A DNA stretch of 60,567 nucleotides from an uncultured Dechloromonas sp. (GCA_937996725.1 CALKUR010000117.1:1-60567); one strand, 5' to 3'. Positions 21,846-32,751 are shown, numbered from the stretch's first letter. The notes: generated by a model from the sequence alone, not told the origin. A program made the numbers and translations.

Positions 21846-23261
21846 ATGATGAGTCGCCCAAATAGTCGGTCAAGCAGCCGATCAGAGCCTAGTAGCCGGA
21901 CGTCCCGCGCCCAGGGTAGCGCACGTCCATCGGGCTCGAATCGGCCAACGCGGGCACCGCAACCCCTACAACCCGACTCGCTGGCCTGGGCCATGAAAAC
22001 GGCCGCCGATTGTGTGGTCGACGTGGTGGCGTTTGGGCGCAGCTTGACGGCCGTTCTGGCCAAACTGCGGCAACAGGATCTGCCAGCCAATGCTGTGCGA
22101 GCACAGGCGATTGATCTGACCTACGCGACGCTGCGACGTTATTGTCGTGGTGATGTGGAACTCTCGCTATTGCTCGATCGTCCGACGGCGGAAGATGAAT
22201 TGCGGAGTCTTCTGCGGGTAGCGCTGTGCTGGTTAGAAATGCACCCGGAAAAATCACACGTCGGTGTGGATCAGGCGGTGGAGGCTGCGGCCACGCTCTC
22301 GGGCGGTCGCTATCGTGGTTTTGTGAATGCCATTTTGCGCCGCGCGTTGCGCGAGCGAGCACAACTTGATGCCGCGATTGCAAACGACGTTGAAGCGCAG
22401 TATCAGCATCCTGATTGGTGGTTGCAACGTTTAAAGACTGATTGGCCAACACAGTGGGAAAGCATCGTAGCTGCGGGTAACCGTAAGCCACCCATGGGCT
22501 TGCGCGTGAATTGTTTAAAGACCGATATGGCGACGTATCGGCAACAGCTATCAGCAGTAGGCGCGAACGCTGAAGCAGCGTTACTGGAAGACGCGCCAAC
22601 GGCCGTGTTGCTAACCCAGCCCCAGCCCGCAGACAGCTTGCCGGGCTACGCAGCGGGTTGGGTATCCGTGCAAGATCTGGGCGCACAACAAGCTGCCCAA
22701 TTGTTAAACGTACAGTCGGGTATGCGCGTGCTGGATGCTTGTGCGGCACCAGGCGGTAAGGCGGCGCACATACTCGAATGCGTCCCGATTGAATTGACGG
22801 CCGTTGAGGCGGATCGCGAACGTTGTACTGCACTGAAGCGTGCGTTAGATCCTGCGCGCTTCCCGGCAGACCGGACGATCAATGTGATTTGCGCCGATGC
22901 AACGCAAATAGATGCGGCCTGGGCCAAACGCCCTTTCGATGCCATCCTGCTGGATGCGCCGTGTTCTGGCTCCGGCGTGGCCGGTCGACACCCGGATGCG
23001 AAATGGTTACGCCGAGAAGATGATGTTTATGCCGTGTCGCGTACGCAGAAAAAATTACTAAATACGCTCTGGCCATTGTTGAAACCGGGTGGCCAGATGC
23101 TCTATGGCACCTGTTCGGTCTTCGCGCAGGAAAACACGCAGCAAATAGCCGCCTTTCTCGGCCGTACGCCGGATGCGCGTTTGGTGCGAGAGATGCATCT
23201 GTTGCCGGATGCGCGGCATGATGGTTTTTACTACGCATTGTTGCAGAAGGTGCCGGCGTGA
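21846..23261 (+). CDS. rsmB: 16S rRNA m5C967 methyltransferase RsmB/Sun (exact start uncertain)
   Basis: NusB-like N-terminus (FVNAILRR), VQDLGAQ, LDACAAPGGK, LLDAPCSGSG, YGTCS. Confidence 0.95.
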   Translation: MMSRPNSRSSSRSEPSSRTSRAQGSARPSGSNRPTRAPQPLQPDSLAWAMKTAADCVVDVVAFGRSLTAVLAKLRQQDLPANAVRAQAIDLTYATLRRYCRGDVELSLLLDRPTAEDELRSLLRVALCWLEMHPEKSHVGVDQAVEAAATLSGGRYRGFVNAILRRALRERAQLDAAIANDVEAQYQHPDWWLQRLKTDWPTQWESIVAAGNRKPPMGLRVNCLKTDMATYRQQLSAVGANAEAALLEDAPTAVLLTQPQPADSLPGYAAGWVSVQDLGAQQAAQLLNVQSGMRVLDACAAPGGKAAHILECVPIELTAVEADRERCTALKRALDPARFPADRTINVICADATQIDAAWAKRPFDAILLDAPCSGSGVAGRHPDAKWLRREDDVYAVSRTQKKLLNTLWPLLKPGGQMLYGTCSVFAQENTQQIAAFLGRTPDARLVREMHLLPDARHDGFYYALLQKVPA

Positions 23262-23839
23262 ACCCGCAGATCAAGCGTAGGCTCTTCGGTTGGCTGCTAG
23301 CCGTATGCCTGAGCATGCCGAGCGTCTCTGCGCTGGCGGCGGGTGCCGAGGTTCGTCCACCCACAATTACCCAGACCGATGAGGCGGTTGTGCTCACGGG
23401 GAACTTTTCGCTCGTGCTGACACCGGCATTGATTGATGCAGTGGACCACGGTATTCCACTGGTCTTTCAGATGGAAGCCGAACTCAAGCGTTCGCGTTGG
23501 TACTGGATGGATGAAGTTGTGTATCGGGCCCGCGTCGATCGGCGCCTGACCTACAACGCCTTGGTACGCAATTACCGCGTAAGCGATGCCGCGAACGGTC
23601 GAAATTTTGTGAAGCTGGATGATGCCGTGGCCTATATCGCTCGCCCAGCTGAATGGCGCTTGCCGCAAGAGCAGGCTAAGACGGGTGATGCCATTGAAGT
23701 AGCTATCCGGTTCCGGTTGGACCCAGCGTTTCTACCGAAACCCTTTCAGGTGGTGTCCTTTGGCGACCGGGATTGGCGTATCGATAGCGACTGGCGCAGT
23801 TTTCGTATGACGGTGCCCGCTGTCGTCGGAGTGAAGTAA
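23258..23839 (+). CDS. DUF4390 domain protein
   Basis: Signal peptide, GIPLVF, RSRWYWMDE, LPKPFQV; canonical position between rsmB and ntrY. Confidence 0.9.
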   Translation: MNPQIKRRLFGWLLAVCLSMPSVSALAAGAEVRPPTITQTDEAVVLTGNFSLVLTPALIDAVDHGIPLVFQMEAELKRSRWYWMDEVVYRARVDRRLTYNALVRNYRVSDAANGRNFVKLDDAVAYIARPAEWRLPQEQAKTGDAIEVAIRFRLDPAFLPKPFQVVSFGDRDWRIDSDWRSFRMTVPAVVGVK

Positions 23840-26001
23840 TGCGCCTAGCCATGTTCATCATGACCCTGGTATCGGTGGCGCTGCTGTTCCTGCTGACGCA
23901 GGCGTCGGCCAATACCGATTTCTTTGCACGTCACTATTTTTGGTTAGTCGGTCTGAATGTGGCGCTGGGTTTGGCGATGGCAGCCGTGATTGGCGTGCAG
24001 CTGTATCGCCTTTGGCGCGATCATCGCGAACAGATTTTTGGCGCACGTTTAAAGTTTCGCCTAATGCTGATGTTGGCGCTGATGGCCCTAGTGCCAGGTG
24101 CGCTGATCTACGCAGTCTCGGTTCAGTTTGTGACGCGCAGTATCGAGAGCTGGTTTGATGTGCGCGTAGAACAAGCGCTAGAGGCGGGTTTGAGTCTCGG
24201 CCGCGATGCGCTGGAAGGCGTAACGGCGGGTCTTGTCGCAACAACGCGGGATGCATCGGTGGCGATTGCCCAGCGCGGCAATAACGCCGCGCCACAAGTG
24301 TTAGACAAGCTGAAAAAAGTGACGGGCGCGCAATCGACGGCGCTCCTGCAGATCGTGGGAAACCGTATTGTCGTACTTGGTTCGTCGGAACCACGTAGTG
24401 AACAGTTAGTGCCACCACTGCCAGCGCAGGTGGATGCCGCTCGTAAGGATGGCGCATTCTCTTCCATCGAAGCCGATGGCACCGGCCAGCCCATGCTGCG
24501 TGCGATGGTGATATTGCCGGGCGACGAGCGGCAGGCGCAGCCACGCTTGTTGGAGGTCAGCATGCCGATCCCGGCGAAGCTGGCGACTGATTCGGAAGCG
24601 GTGCAAACGGTGTATCGCGAATACCGTGAACTCGAGCTGGCGCGGGCGGGCTTGACCCGACTGTATGCCATCACGCTCACACTGACCTTATTGCTGGCAC
24701 TTGCCGCGGCATTTGCTGCCGCTTTTATTCTGGCGCGACGGTTTACGGCACCGCTAACCATTCTGGCTGAAGGTACGCAGGCCGTGGCTGCGGGTGACCT
24801 GTCACCAAAGCAGATTGTGGTGAGCAATGACGAAATGGGGATATTGACCCAGTCCTTTAACCGCATGACCTATCAATTGCGTGAAGCACATACGGAAACT
24901 GAACGTCATCGCGCCGATCTCGAACGCGCCCGGGCTTATCTGCAGGAAGTTTTGGATAACCTGTCGGCAGGCGTTCTGGCGTTTGATCGTCGTTTCGTCC
25001 TTAAGGCAGTGAACGGTGCAGCACATACTCTGCTTAAGGAAGACTGGGTTGGGCTACTCTCGGAGCCACTGGAAGCCTGGCCACGCCAGGAACAGTTGGC
25101 GCGTACGATCCGCGATGGTTTCGCGCAGCATGGCGATGCGGATTGGCAGCTGGAGGTCGAGCGTGTACTGCCCGATGGCCGAAAACAGCAATTGATGGTG
25201 CATGGCTCAGAATTGCCTGAGCAATCAGGCGGTGGTTACGTGGTGGTCTTTGATGACATTACCGAGCTGATCCAGGCACAACGTGCGACGGCCTGGGGCG
25301 AAGTCGCTCGCCGTTTGGCCCATGAAATCAAGAACCCACTTACGCCGATCCAGCTGGCGGCTGAACGCCTGGAACACAAGCTGGCGGGGCAATTAAACGA
25401 ACAGGATGCTGACATACTGCAACGATCGACGCGCACCATCGTCAATCAGGTACAAGCGATGAAGCATATGGTCGATAGCTTCCGTGACTACGCGCGGCTG
25501 CCGCCAGCAAAATTGGTAAAGCTGGATCTGAATGAGCTGCTGCGTGAACTTCTGGTGCTGTATGAAGCATCACTAACGCCGATTTGTGCGACGCTCGCCG
25601 CAGACCTCCCTCTGGTCAAAGGTGACCCAGCGCAGTTGCGCCAGATCATTCACAATTTGATTCGTAATGCGCAGGACGCGACCGAAGGTCGTGTTGATTT
25701 GCAGATCGACGTGGCCACACGTGTGGTCAATCAACATCAGGTTGAATTGGTGATTGGCGATTCGGGTCCGGGCTTCCCGACCGAAATCATGGCGAACGCC
25801 TTTGAGCCGTATGTGACGACCAAGCCGAAGGGTACCGGTCTGGGCTTGCCCATTGTGAAGAAAATTATCGAAGAGCATGGCGGCAAAATTTCGCTCGCCA
25901 ATCGCCCGGAGGGTGGTGCGGAAATCCGTATCGTCCTGCTGGCAGCCAAAGCAGACGTAGCATTGAATAATCATGACACTGAGAAGTCGGTAGGAGCCTG
26001 A
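23839..26001 (+). CDS. ntrY: NtrY-like HAMP/PAS sensor histidine kinase
   Basis: SIESWFDVRVE, HAMP, AWGEVARRLAHEIKNPLTPIQL H-box, GTGLGL G-box. Confidence 0.9.
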   Translation: MRLAMFIMTLVSVALLFLLTQASANTDFFARHYFWLVGLNVALGLAMAAVIGVQLYRLWRDHREQIFGARLKFRLMLMLALMALVPGALIYAVSVQFVTRSIESWFDVRVEQALEAGLSLGRDALEGVTAGLVATTRDASVAIAQRGNNAAPQVLDKLKKVTGAQSTALLQIVGNRIVVLGSSEPRSEQLVPPLPAQVDAARKDGAFSSIEADGTGQPMLRAMVILPGDERQAQPRLLEVSMPIPAKLATDSEAVQTVYREYRELELARAGLTRLYAITLTLTLLLALAAAFAAAFILARRFTAPLTILAEGTQAVAAGDLSPKQIVVSNDEMGILTQSFNRMTYQLREAHTETERHRADLERARAYLQEVLDNLSAGVLAFDRRFVLKAVNGAAHTLLKEDWVGLLSEPLEAWPRQEQLARTIRDGFAQHGDADWQLEVERVLPDGRKQQLMVHGSELPEQSGGGYVVVFDDITELIQAQRATAWGEVARRLAHEIKNPLTPIQLAAERLEHKLAGQLNEQDADILQRSTRTIVNQVQAMKHMVDSFRDYARLPPAKLVKLDLNELLRELLVLYEASLTPICATLAADLPLVKGDPAQLRQIIHNLIRNAQDATEGRVDLQIDVATRVVNQHQVELVIGDSGPGFPTEIMANAFEPYVTTKPKGTGLGLPIVKKIIEEHGGKISLANRPEGGAEIRIVLLAAKADVALNNHDTEKSVGA

Positions 26002-26002
26002 T

Positions 26003-27298
26003 ATGGCAGACATACTGGTAGTAGATGACGAAGTCGGTATTCGCGAGTTGCTCTCGGAAATTCTGGCGGATGAGGGCCACAGCGTGATGCTGGCCGAAAA
26101 CGCTACGAAGGCACGCGAGTTGCGTGGGAGCCGACGGCCAGACCTCGTATTGCTTGATATCTGGATGCCCGATGCGGACGGGATATCGTTGCTGAAAGAA
26201 TGGTCGTCGAGCGGCCTGCTGACGATGCCGGTAGTAATGATGTCCGGACACGGTACGATTGACACAGCAGTCGAAGCCACGCGCATTGGCGCTGTCGACT
26301 TCCTGGAAAAACCGATTGCCCTGCAGAAGTTGCTGGCGACCGTGAAGAAATGTCTGAAACCGGACGCGTCGACAACGCGTCAGCACTATGCAGTCGATTC
26401 GCTGTTGCAGATAGGGCTACTGAAAAAATTTGCACAGCGAATCGCCCAATCGGCCAAGCATTCACCGATTCTGTTTTTACGCGGCGCCCAGGGGCTGATC
26501 GCGGAAGTTGGTGCCCGAAGTTTGCTGGCGCCGCATGCCCCCTGGCTTAATCTGTCGTCGGAGAGCCGCGCCATTACGCAGGAGATGTTGGAGCAAAACG
26601 CCGGTGGCGTCCTCTTCCTGCCCGAGTTGTACGGTGCAGGTCGCATGGCGCAAATGAATCTAGCTTTCGTGTTGGAGCGACTCGCCAAATATCGTTTGAC
26701 GCTGGTGGTGGCCAGCGCGCATACGGCCGAAGCGATTATCGAGAGTGGTGTTGATCCTGCATTAGTCGCGCGCCTGAGTGATGTCTGGGTTGGTCTGCCG
26801 TCGCTTTCGGAATCGGCCAACGATCTACCAGAACTGCTGCCCGCATTGCTGACCTTGCTCTGCGAACAAGGCAATACTCCACATCGTTACATGGCACCGG
26901 ATGCGCTCAACGTATTGCGCCAGAAAGCCTGGCCAGGGGCCGATGGCGGTTGGAGCCTGTTGCTCGGCACGTTAAAGAATCTGGCGCTTAATGCGCTCGA
27001 TGAAACGATCAGCCGACAGGATGTTGATGGCTTGCTGCAATCGGAAGACGTGTCGTCCGAAGAAGTGAGTTCGGATGAATCAGAGGGTTCTTTGTCCGCC
27101 TTCTATGCCATGCCGCTTAAAGAAGCGCGCGATGCCTTCGAGCGCATCTATCTTTCGCACCATATTGCGCGCAGTAACGGCAATATGACGCGCGTTGCCG
27201 AGCAGAGCGGCCTAGAGCGGACCCATCTGTATCGCAAGTTCAAACAACTCGGGATCACGCTGGATCGCAAAGATGGTTCCGGCAATGGCGGTGCCTGA
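26003..27298 (+). CDS. ntrX: NtrX-like response regulator with degenerate AAA+ domain and Fis-type HTH
   Basis: REC ([22 protein letters not shown]); C-terminal [10 protein letters not shown]...[10 protein letters not shown]. Confidence 0.88.
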   Translation: MADILVVDDEVGIRELLSEILADEGHSVMLAENATKARELRGSRRPDLVLLDIWMPDADGISLLKEWSSSGLLTMPVVMMSGHGTIDTAVEATRIGAVDFLEKPIALQKLLATVKKCLKPDASTTRQHYAVDSLLQIGLLKKFAQRIAQSAKHSPILFLRGAQGLIAEVGARSLLAPHAPWLNLSSESRAITQEMLEQNAGGVLFLPELYGAGRMAQMNLAFVLERLAKYRLTLVVASAHTAEAIIESGVDPALVARLSDVWVGLPSLSESANDLPELLPALLTLLCEQGNTPHRYMAPDALNVLRQKAWPGADGGWSLLLGTLKNLALNALDETISRQDVDGLLQSEDVSSEEVSSDESEGSLSAFYAMPLKEARDAFERIYLSHHIARSNGNMTRVAEQSGLERTHLYRKFKQLGITLDRKDGSGNGGA

Positions 27299-27345
27299 CA
27301 CCGCCGCATCGTCCGATTAATTCAAATTTGTTGAGTGGAGTTTTT

Positions 27346-28419
27346 GTGAGTCGTCCCCGTAATGATCTGTTCCTCCGTGCCCTGTTAAAAGAGCCGACCG
27401 AAACCACGCCTGTATGGCTGATGCGCCAGGCCGGCCGGTATCTGCCGGAATATCGTGAGACACGTAAACGCGCCGGTAGCTTTCTGGGTCTGTGTAAGAA
27501 CCCGGCCTATGCCTGCGAGGTGACCCTACAGCCATTGGCCCGTTACGATCTGGATGCGGCGATTCTGTTTTCGGACATTCTCACCGTGCCGGACGCGATG
27601 GGATTGGGTCTGTACTTCTCAGAGGGCGAAGGCCCCAAATTCGAACGCCCACTGCGCGACGAATGGGAAATCCGTAATCTGTGCGTGCCGGATCCGCATG
27701 ACCAGTTGCGTTATGTGATCGATGCCGTTGCCGAGATTCGCAAAGCGCTGGATAACAGCGTGCCGTTGATCGGCTTCTCGGGCAGCCCATGGACGCTGGC
27801 CTGCTATATGGTGGAAGGTGGCGCGTCGGATGATTACGCACGCATCAAAACCATGCTCTACGATCGCCCGGATCTGATGCACAAGATTCTGGACGTGACC
27901 ACCGAGTCGGTCATTCAGTATCTGAATGCGCAGATAGAAGCCGGTGCCCAAGCCGTGATGATTTTTGATTCCTGGGGCGGCACGCTGGCTGAAGCAGCCT
28001 TCCACGAATTCTCATTGAACTATATGAAGCGCATTGTGGCGGCGCTGCACAAAACCTGGAACGGCGAACGCATTCCATCGATCGTCTTCACCAAGGGCGG
28101 CGGTCTCTGGCTGGAAGCGCTGGCTAATACGGGCGCCGATGGTCTGGGTCTGGATTGGACCATCGACATCGGCAAGGCCCGTGCGCGCGTTGGTGATCGG
28201 GTTGCGCTTCAGGGCAACCTGGATCCGACGATCCTGCGTGCCGGGCCAGAAGCCGTGGCGCGCGAGGCAGAAAAAGTCCTGCGCAGCTTCGGCGCAGCCG
28301 ATACCGGGCATGTCTTTAATCTGGGTCACGGCATCAATCAATTTACGCCGCCAGAGAATGTTTCGGTGCTGGTGGATACCGTGCATTCGGTCGGTCGCGC
28401 CATGCGCGCCGGCCGCTGA
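27346..28419 (+). CDS. hemE: Uroporphyrinogen decarboxylase
   Basis: [35 protein letters not shown]; GTG start after GGAG. Confidence 0.98.
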   Translation: MSRPRNDLFLRALLKEPTETTPVWLMRQAGRYLPEYRETRKRAGSFLGLCKNPAYACEVTLQPLARYDLDAAILFSDILTVPDAMGLGLYFSEGEGPKFERPLRDEWEIRNLCVPDPHDQLRYVIDAVAEIRKALDNSVPLIGFSGSPWTLACYMVEGGASDDYARIKTMLYDRPDLMHKILDVTTESVIQYLNAQIEAGAQAVMIFDSWGGTLAEAAFHEFSLNYMKRIVAALHKTWNGERIPSIVFTKGGGLWLEALANTGADGLGLDWTIDIGKARARVGDRVALQGNLDPTILRAGPEAVAREAEKVLRSFGAADTGHVFNLGHGINQFTPPENVSVLVDTVHSVGRAMRAGR

Positions 28420-28519
28420 TTTTGTCGGAAAACTCTCGCCGCCATGGCATCGGCATAAACTGAGCGCAAGGTAGCCCCGTGGCTGGTTTCACCCTGTCAA
28501 GACGCCCGACTTGGGTCGT

Positions 28520-28550
28520 TTACCCACAAAGTTATCCACAATGTGGAAAA
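28520..28550. promoter_or_regulatory. Cluster of three DnaA boxes in the hemE-priA intergenic region
   Basis: TTACCCACA (28520-28528), TTATCCACA (28532-28540, perfect), TGTGGAAAA (28542-28550, reverse TTTTCCACA). Confidence 0.8.
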
Positions 28551-28669
28551 CCGGCTTTGTCTATGTTCAACAATGGGTTATGGCTCTGTGCGGAGAACGC
28601 CGGTCAGAAATATCCTCTAACAAGGGCTTGTTGGTGACGGCGCAGAATGCCCTTGTAAATCCGGCGCTT

Positions 28670-30700
28670 ATGCGCCGTTTGCGCGTCGCGATTGATGCAC
28701 CGTTGGCGGCCAGTTTTGACTATCTGGCACCGGCCGATGCCGCATCGGCCGACGTGGGCTATCGGGTGGTGGTGCCTTTTGGTAGCGGCCGTCGTGTGGG
28801 CCTAATTCTGGCCGTGCTGCCGTTGCTCGATGACAGCGATCCGTCCGCGCCGGATCCGGCAAAATTAAAACCCGCTGAAACCGTGTTGCGCGATTTACCA
28901 CCGCTACCGCAAGATTGGATTGATCTCTGCTTGTTTGCAGCCAGCTATTATCAGGCCGCACCGGGTGAGGCACTGCTGCAAGCGATTCCGACGGGGTTAC
29001 GTAAACCTGACCCGACGAAGCGCCGAGCGATTAAAGCCAACGAATCAGCATCGGCCACAGCGGTGACGCGCCCCGAACTCACCTGCGGCCAATCGGCGGT
29101 ACTGTCAGATCTGTTGCCGCGATTGCAAGGATATTCCGCTAACTTGTTATTTGGCGTCACGGGCTCCGGTAAGACTGAAGTGTATTTGCGTTTGATCGAA
29201 GCCGCATTGGCAGCGAACCAGCAGGTGCTATTGCTGGTACCGGAAATTAATCTGACGCCCTTGCTCGAAGCACGAGTCACGGCACGTTTCCCGACTGTAC
29301 CCGTCGTCAGCTTGCATAGCGAAGTGACCGAAGCGGCACGCGCGCGATACTTTGCTGGCGCATTGAGCGGTGAGGCGCGAATTGTCATTGGCACACGCTT
29401 AGCGGTCTTTACGCCAATGCCGGAGCTGGGTTTGATTATTGTCGATGAAGAGCATGACCCGGCCTACAAACAATTGGAAGGCATGCGCTATCACGCGCGC
29501 GATCTAGCGGTATGGCGCGCCCGGCAACGAGGCATTCCTATTGTGCTGGGTTCCGCAACGCCGTCGCCCGAAAGTTGGTCGAATGTGCAGAGTGGCCGTT
29601 ACCAACGGTTGGATTTGCCAGAACGGGCGCATGCCGATGCCGTATTGCCAGCCGTCACCCTGCTCGATACACGCCGGCTCACGTTGGACGAAGGCATGTC
29701 GCAAGCCCTGCTCGATGAACTGGCACAGGGCCTCGCGGCGGGTGAACAAAGTTTGCTATTCATCAACCGACGCGGTTATGCACCCGTGCTGACTTGCACT
29801 GCCTGCGGTTGGGTTTCGAACTGTCGACGCTGCGCGGCGCATCGTGTGGTGCATCGGCTTGATCGTACGCTGCGTTGTCACCACTGCGGCGATACCTCGC
29901 CGATTCCGCGTCAGTGCCCGGATTGCGGCAATGCCGATTTGCGACCGCTGGGCCGAGGCACACAACGGATTGAAGAGGCCTTGCAGAAACATTTTCCGCA
30001 AGCGCGCATTCTGCGCGTCGATCGCGACGTTGCGACGACGCGCAAGCAATGGGAAGCACTGGAAGAACAGATCCGTTCACGCGATGTCGATATTCTCGTC
30101 GGCACGCAGATGCTGGCGAAAGGCCATGATTTCCCCGCACTGACACGTGTGTGCGTGGTCGGTGCCGATGCCGGGCTATTTGCCGCAGATTGGCGTGCGC
30201 CGGAGCGTTTGTTTGCACAGCTGATGCAGGTGGCCGGTCGCGCCGGTCGTGCGTCGCACCCGGGCCGCGTGATTGTGCAGACCGAGCATCCGGAGCATCC
30301 ACTTTATCAATGCTTATTGCGCCACGATGTGCCAGCTTTCCTGGAGCTCGAACTGACTGAACGACAACGTGCAGGGTTTCCACCTTATGCCGCGCAGGCC
30401 ATCGTCCGCGCCGAGGCGAAGCAACTAGACACGGTGTTGACGTTTCTTAAAGGTATCCGGACGTTGGTGCCTGCGGAGTCGCATCCGGAAGTGTTTATCT
30501 ATGATCCGGTGCCCATGCGCATGGTCAAACTGGCAGGACGCGAGCGCGCCCAATTGCTCATCGAATCACCCAGCCGGATTGCGTTGCAGAATTTTCTGAA
30601 TGACTGGTTGCCGCGTATCAGCGCAGGCCGTGGCATGACGCGTGGTGCGGCACCTGGTGGCGTGCGTTGGGGCGTGGAAGTCGATCCGCTGGAGTGTTAG
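28670..30700 (+). CDS. priA: Primosomal protein N' (PriA); alternative GTG start at 28634
   Basis: GVTGSGKTEVY, LVPEINLT, VDEEHD, LGSATPS, eight-Cys zinc region, QVAGRAGR. Confidence 0.97.
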   Translation: MRRLRVAIDAPLAASFDYLAPADAASADVGYRVVVPFGSGRRVGLILAVLPLLDDSDPSAPDPAKLKPAETVLRDLPPLPQDWIDLCLFAASYYQAAPGEALLQAIPTGLRKPDPTKRRAIKANESASATAVTRPELTCGQSAVLSDLLPRLQGYSANLLFGVTGSGKTEVYLRLIEAALAANQQVLLLVPEINLTPLLEARVTARFPTVPVVSLHSEVTEAARARYFAGALSGEARIVIGTRLAVFTPMPELGLIIVDEEHDPAYKQLEGMRYHARDLAVWRARQRGIPIVLGSATPSPESWSNVQSGRYQRLDLPERAHADAVLPAVTLLDTRRLTLDEGMSQALLDELAQGLAAGEQSLLFINRRGYAPVLTCTACGWVSNCRRCAAHRVVHRLDRTLRCHHCGDTSPIPRQCPDCGNADLRPLGRGTQRIEEALQKHFPQARILRVDRDVATTRKQWEALEEQIRSRDVDILVGTQMLAKGHDFPALTRVCVVGADAGLFAADWRAPERLFAQLMQVAGRAGRASHPGRVIVQTEHPEHPLYQCLLRHDVPAFLELELTERQRAGFPPYAAQAIVRAEAKQLDTVLTFLKGIRTLVPAESHPEVFIYDPVPMRMVKLAGRERAQLLIESPSRIALQNFLNDWLPRISAGRGMTRGAAPGGVRWGVEVDPLEC

Positions 30701-31605
30701 AACAGGCGTGCCGCACCCCGTACACCGGAACTATCGCCGAATGCCGGTAGCAGTAACTTTGTCTGTAGCGGTGTGCCGGTCGGTAGGAACACATGTGCAG
30801 GTAATGCAGCCGTTAAGGCATCTATCAAACCGGGTCGTTGCGACACGCCACCACCCAGCACAATAGCCTCAGGGTCGCAGACATTGATGATGATGCCTAA
30901 TGCACGGGCGAGGCGATGGGTATGTCGTGACAAGGCATCATTGGCAGCGCTATCGCCCGCATCCGTCATCGCCACGAGATCGCGACCATCGAGTGGCCGA
31001 GTATTACCTGTTGCTTGTTGGTAATCCGCAATCAGTGCAGGACCGGAGAGCCAGGCTTCAATACAGCCGTGCTTGCCGCAATAACAAAGTGGCCCGGGCA
31101 TTTCATCATTGTGAGCAATCGGTAAAGGATTGTGCCCCCATTCGCCTGCCAAGCCATTGGGCCCCTGTAACACTTGGCCATGCACGAACCAGCCGCCGCC
31201 CACGCCGGTGCCGAGAATCACGGCAAAGACGGATTTGAATCCACGTGCAGCACCATCGGTGGCTTCTGAGAGCGCCAGACAATCGGCATCGTTCGAAAGA
31301 CGCACGGGTCGCTGGAGAATGGTTTCCAAATCCTGATGCAGGGCTTGTCCATTAAGGCAGGTGGAATTGGCATTCCGTATCTTGCCGTCTATGGGGTTGG
31401 CGGATCCGGGGTGTCCGACACCGACAGCGGTACACGATTCATTGAGTGCTGATTCAGCGCGTTCCATCAGGGTCTGGATCGCTTGCAGCGTAGCCGCGTA
31501 ATCGGCCTGAGGCGTGGCAAGACGTTCACGAAAACGGAAATTGCCTTGCGCATCGAGTACAGCGGCCTCGATCTTGGTGCCGCCGAGATCGACGCCGACA
31601 TGCAT
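30697..31605 (-). CDS. ROK-family sugar kinase (fructokinase Mak-like)
   Basis: GVDLGGTKIE, NDADCLALSE, ILGTGVGGG, GEWGHNPLP, CYCGKHGCIE, GDSSGVRGAA. Confidence 0.9.
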   Translation of the reverse strand: MHVGVDLGGTKIEAAVLDAQGNFRFRERLATPQADYAATLQAIQTLMERAESALNESCTAVGVGHPGSANPIDGKIRNANSTCLNGQALHQDLETILQRPVRLSNDADCLALSEATDGAARGFKSVFAVILGTGVGGGWFVHGQVLQGPNGLAGEWGHNPLPIAHNDEMPGPLCYCGKHGCIEAWLSGPALIADYQQATGNTRPLDGRDLVAMTDAGDSAANDALSRHTHRLARALGIIINVCDPEAIVLGGGVSQRPGLIDALTAALPAHVFLPTGTPLQTKLLLPAFGDSSGVRGAARLF

Positions 31606-31606
31606 A

Positions 31607-32251
31607 TCAGCTGCTGTAGCTGGCGATGGCGTGGTTGTAAGCCGGGCAGATCGAATTGAAACTATGGATCGAGATATTCAGATTGCGCACGATGCCGTCC
31701 TGCAATCCATAGACTAGGCCGTGCACGGAAACTTCTTGGCCGCGTGCCCAAGCATCGTAAAGCACGGTCGATTGCGCCAGGTTGAGTGCCTGCTCGATAA
31801 CGTTGAGTTCGCAGAGCCGGTTATGACGTTCGTCTTCCGGCGTTGCATCGAGGATGCCCTGATGTTTCTGGCGCACATCGTGTATATGACGCAGCCAGTT
31901 GTCGACGAGACCGATGCGTAGCCCATCGAGTGCCGCCTTGACGCCGGCGCAGCCGTAATGACCCACGACTAGAATGTGCTTGACGCGCAGCACCTGCACC
32001 GCGTACTGAACGACGGAAAGACAGTTGAGGTCGCTATGCACGACCACGTTGGCGATGTTCCTGTGCACGAAGACTTCGCCTGGCTGCAGACCCATAATCT
32101 GGTTGGCCGGCACGCGCGAATCCGAGCAACCGATCCACAGGTATTCAGGATTCTTAAGGTTGGCGAGCTGGCTGAAGAACTCAGGGTTCTCGTTTTGCAT
32201 CTGTTCAGACCAGATGCGGTTCTGTTCGAAGAGCGGTTCAAGAATGTGCAT
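31607..32251 (-). CDS. can: Beta-class carbonic anhydrase
   Basis: WIGCSDSRVP, GEVFVHRNIAN, GHYGCAGV. Confidence 0.96.
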   Translation of the reverse strand: MHILEPLFEQNRIWSEQMQNENPEFFSQLANLKNPEYLWIGCSDSRVPANQIMGLQPGEVFVHRNIANVVVHSDLNCLSVVQYAVQVLRVKHILVVGHYGCAGVKAALDGLRIGLVDNWLRHIHDVRQKHQGILDATPEDERHNRLCELNVIEQALNLAQSTVLYDAWARGQEVSVHGLVYGLQDGIVRNLNISIHSFNSICPAYNHAIASYSS

Positions 32252-32344
32252 GGCGTTAACTCGCTGTTCTTATTCAATATCGGGGTATGGGCGTATTATA
32301 AAGGAGGTGCAAAATTCGGGTAATCGGCCCTAAAGGAGCATGTC

Positions 32345-32692
32345 ATGCTGGTTCGCTTTTCTTCGCAGGCTACCGCTAATTTATTGATGTTTGATGACGT
32401 TGCGCGGTCATTGCTCACGGTGATTGGTAAATCACCGACACAGCGTGGCGTGATTACGGTCGATGAGATGTCCACGGCGTTGACGCATCTGCACCAGTTG
32501 GTTGAGCATGAGAAACGTCTGAAGGAAGGACGGGAGCCGCGCGAAGAACGGCCGATTCCGGATGTGGGCATCGAGCCCCACGAGCTGATTGGGCTGTCGG
32601 TGCGTGCGCAGCCCTTTATTAAGACACTGGAGCAAGCACAGCGCGAGAAGAAAGAAATTACCTGGGAAGCACCGAAAGATTTTGCCAAATAA
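32345..32692 (+). CDS. DUF1840-family protein
   Basis: MLVRFSSQATANLLMF..VARSLL..IGK..RGVIT, LSVRAQPFI..L..A..EITW; RBS AAGGAG. Confidence 0.85.
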   Translation: MLVRFSSQATANLLMFDDVARSLLTVIGKSPTQRGVITVDEMSTALTHLHQLVEHEKRLKEGREPREERPIPDVGIEPHELIGLSVRAQPFIKTLEQAQREKKEITWEAPKDFAK

Positions 32693-32707
32693 GCCGCCAC
32701 GGCCCAG

Positions 32708-32735
32708 AAAAAAGCCACCTTGCGGTGGCTTTTTT
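32708..32735. terminator. Bidirectional intrinsic terminator between DUF1840 and metH
   Basis: AAAAAA-GCCACC-TTGC-GGTGGC-TTTTTT. Confidence 0.9.
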
Positions 32736-32751
32736 GTCAGACGCACCAGGC

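Noticed and set aside
28420-28669. Calling the DnaA-box cluster oriC
   Set aside because: Only three boxes, no clear AT-rich unwinding element, and gene orientation points to an origin upstream of mnmG. It cannot be excluded without whole-genome skew.
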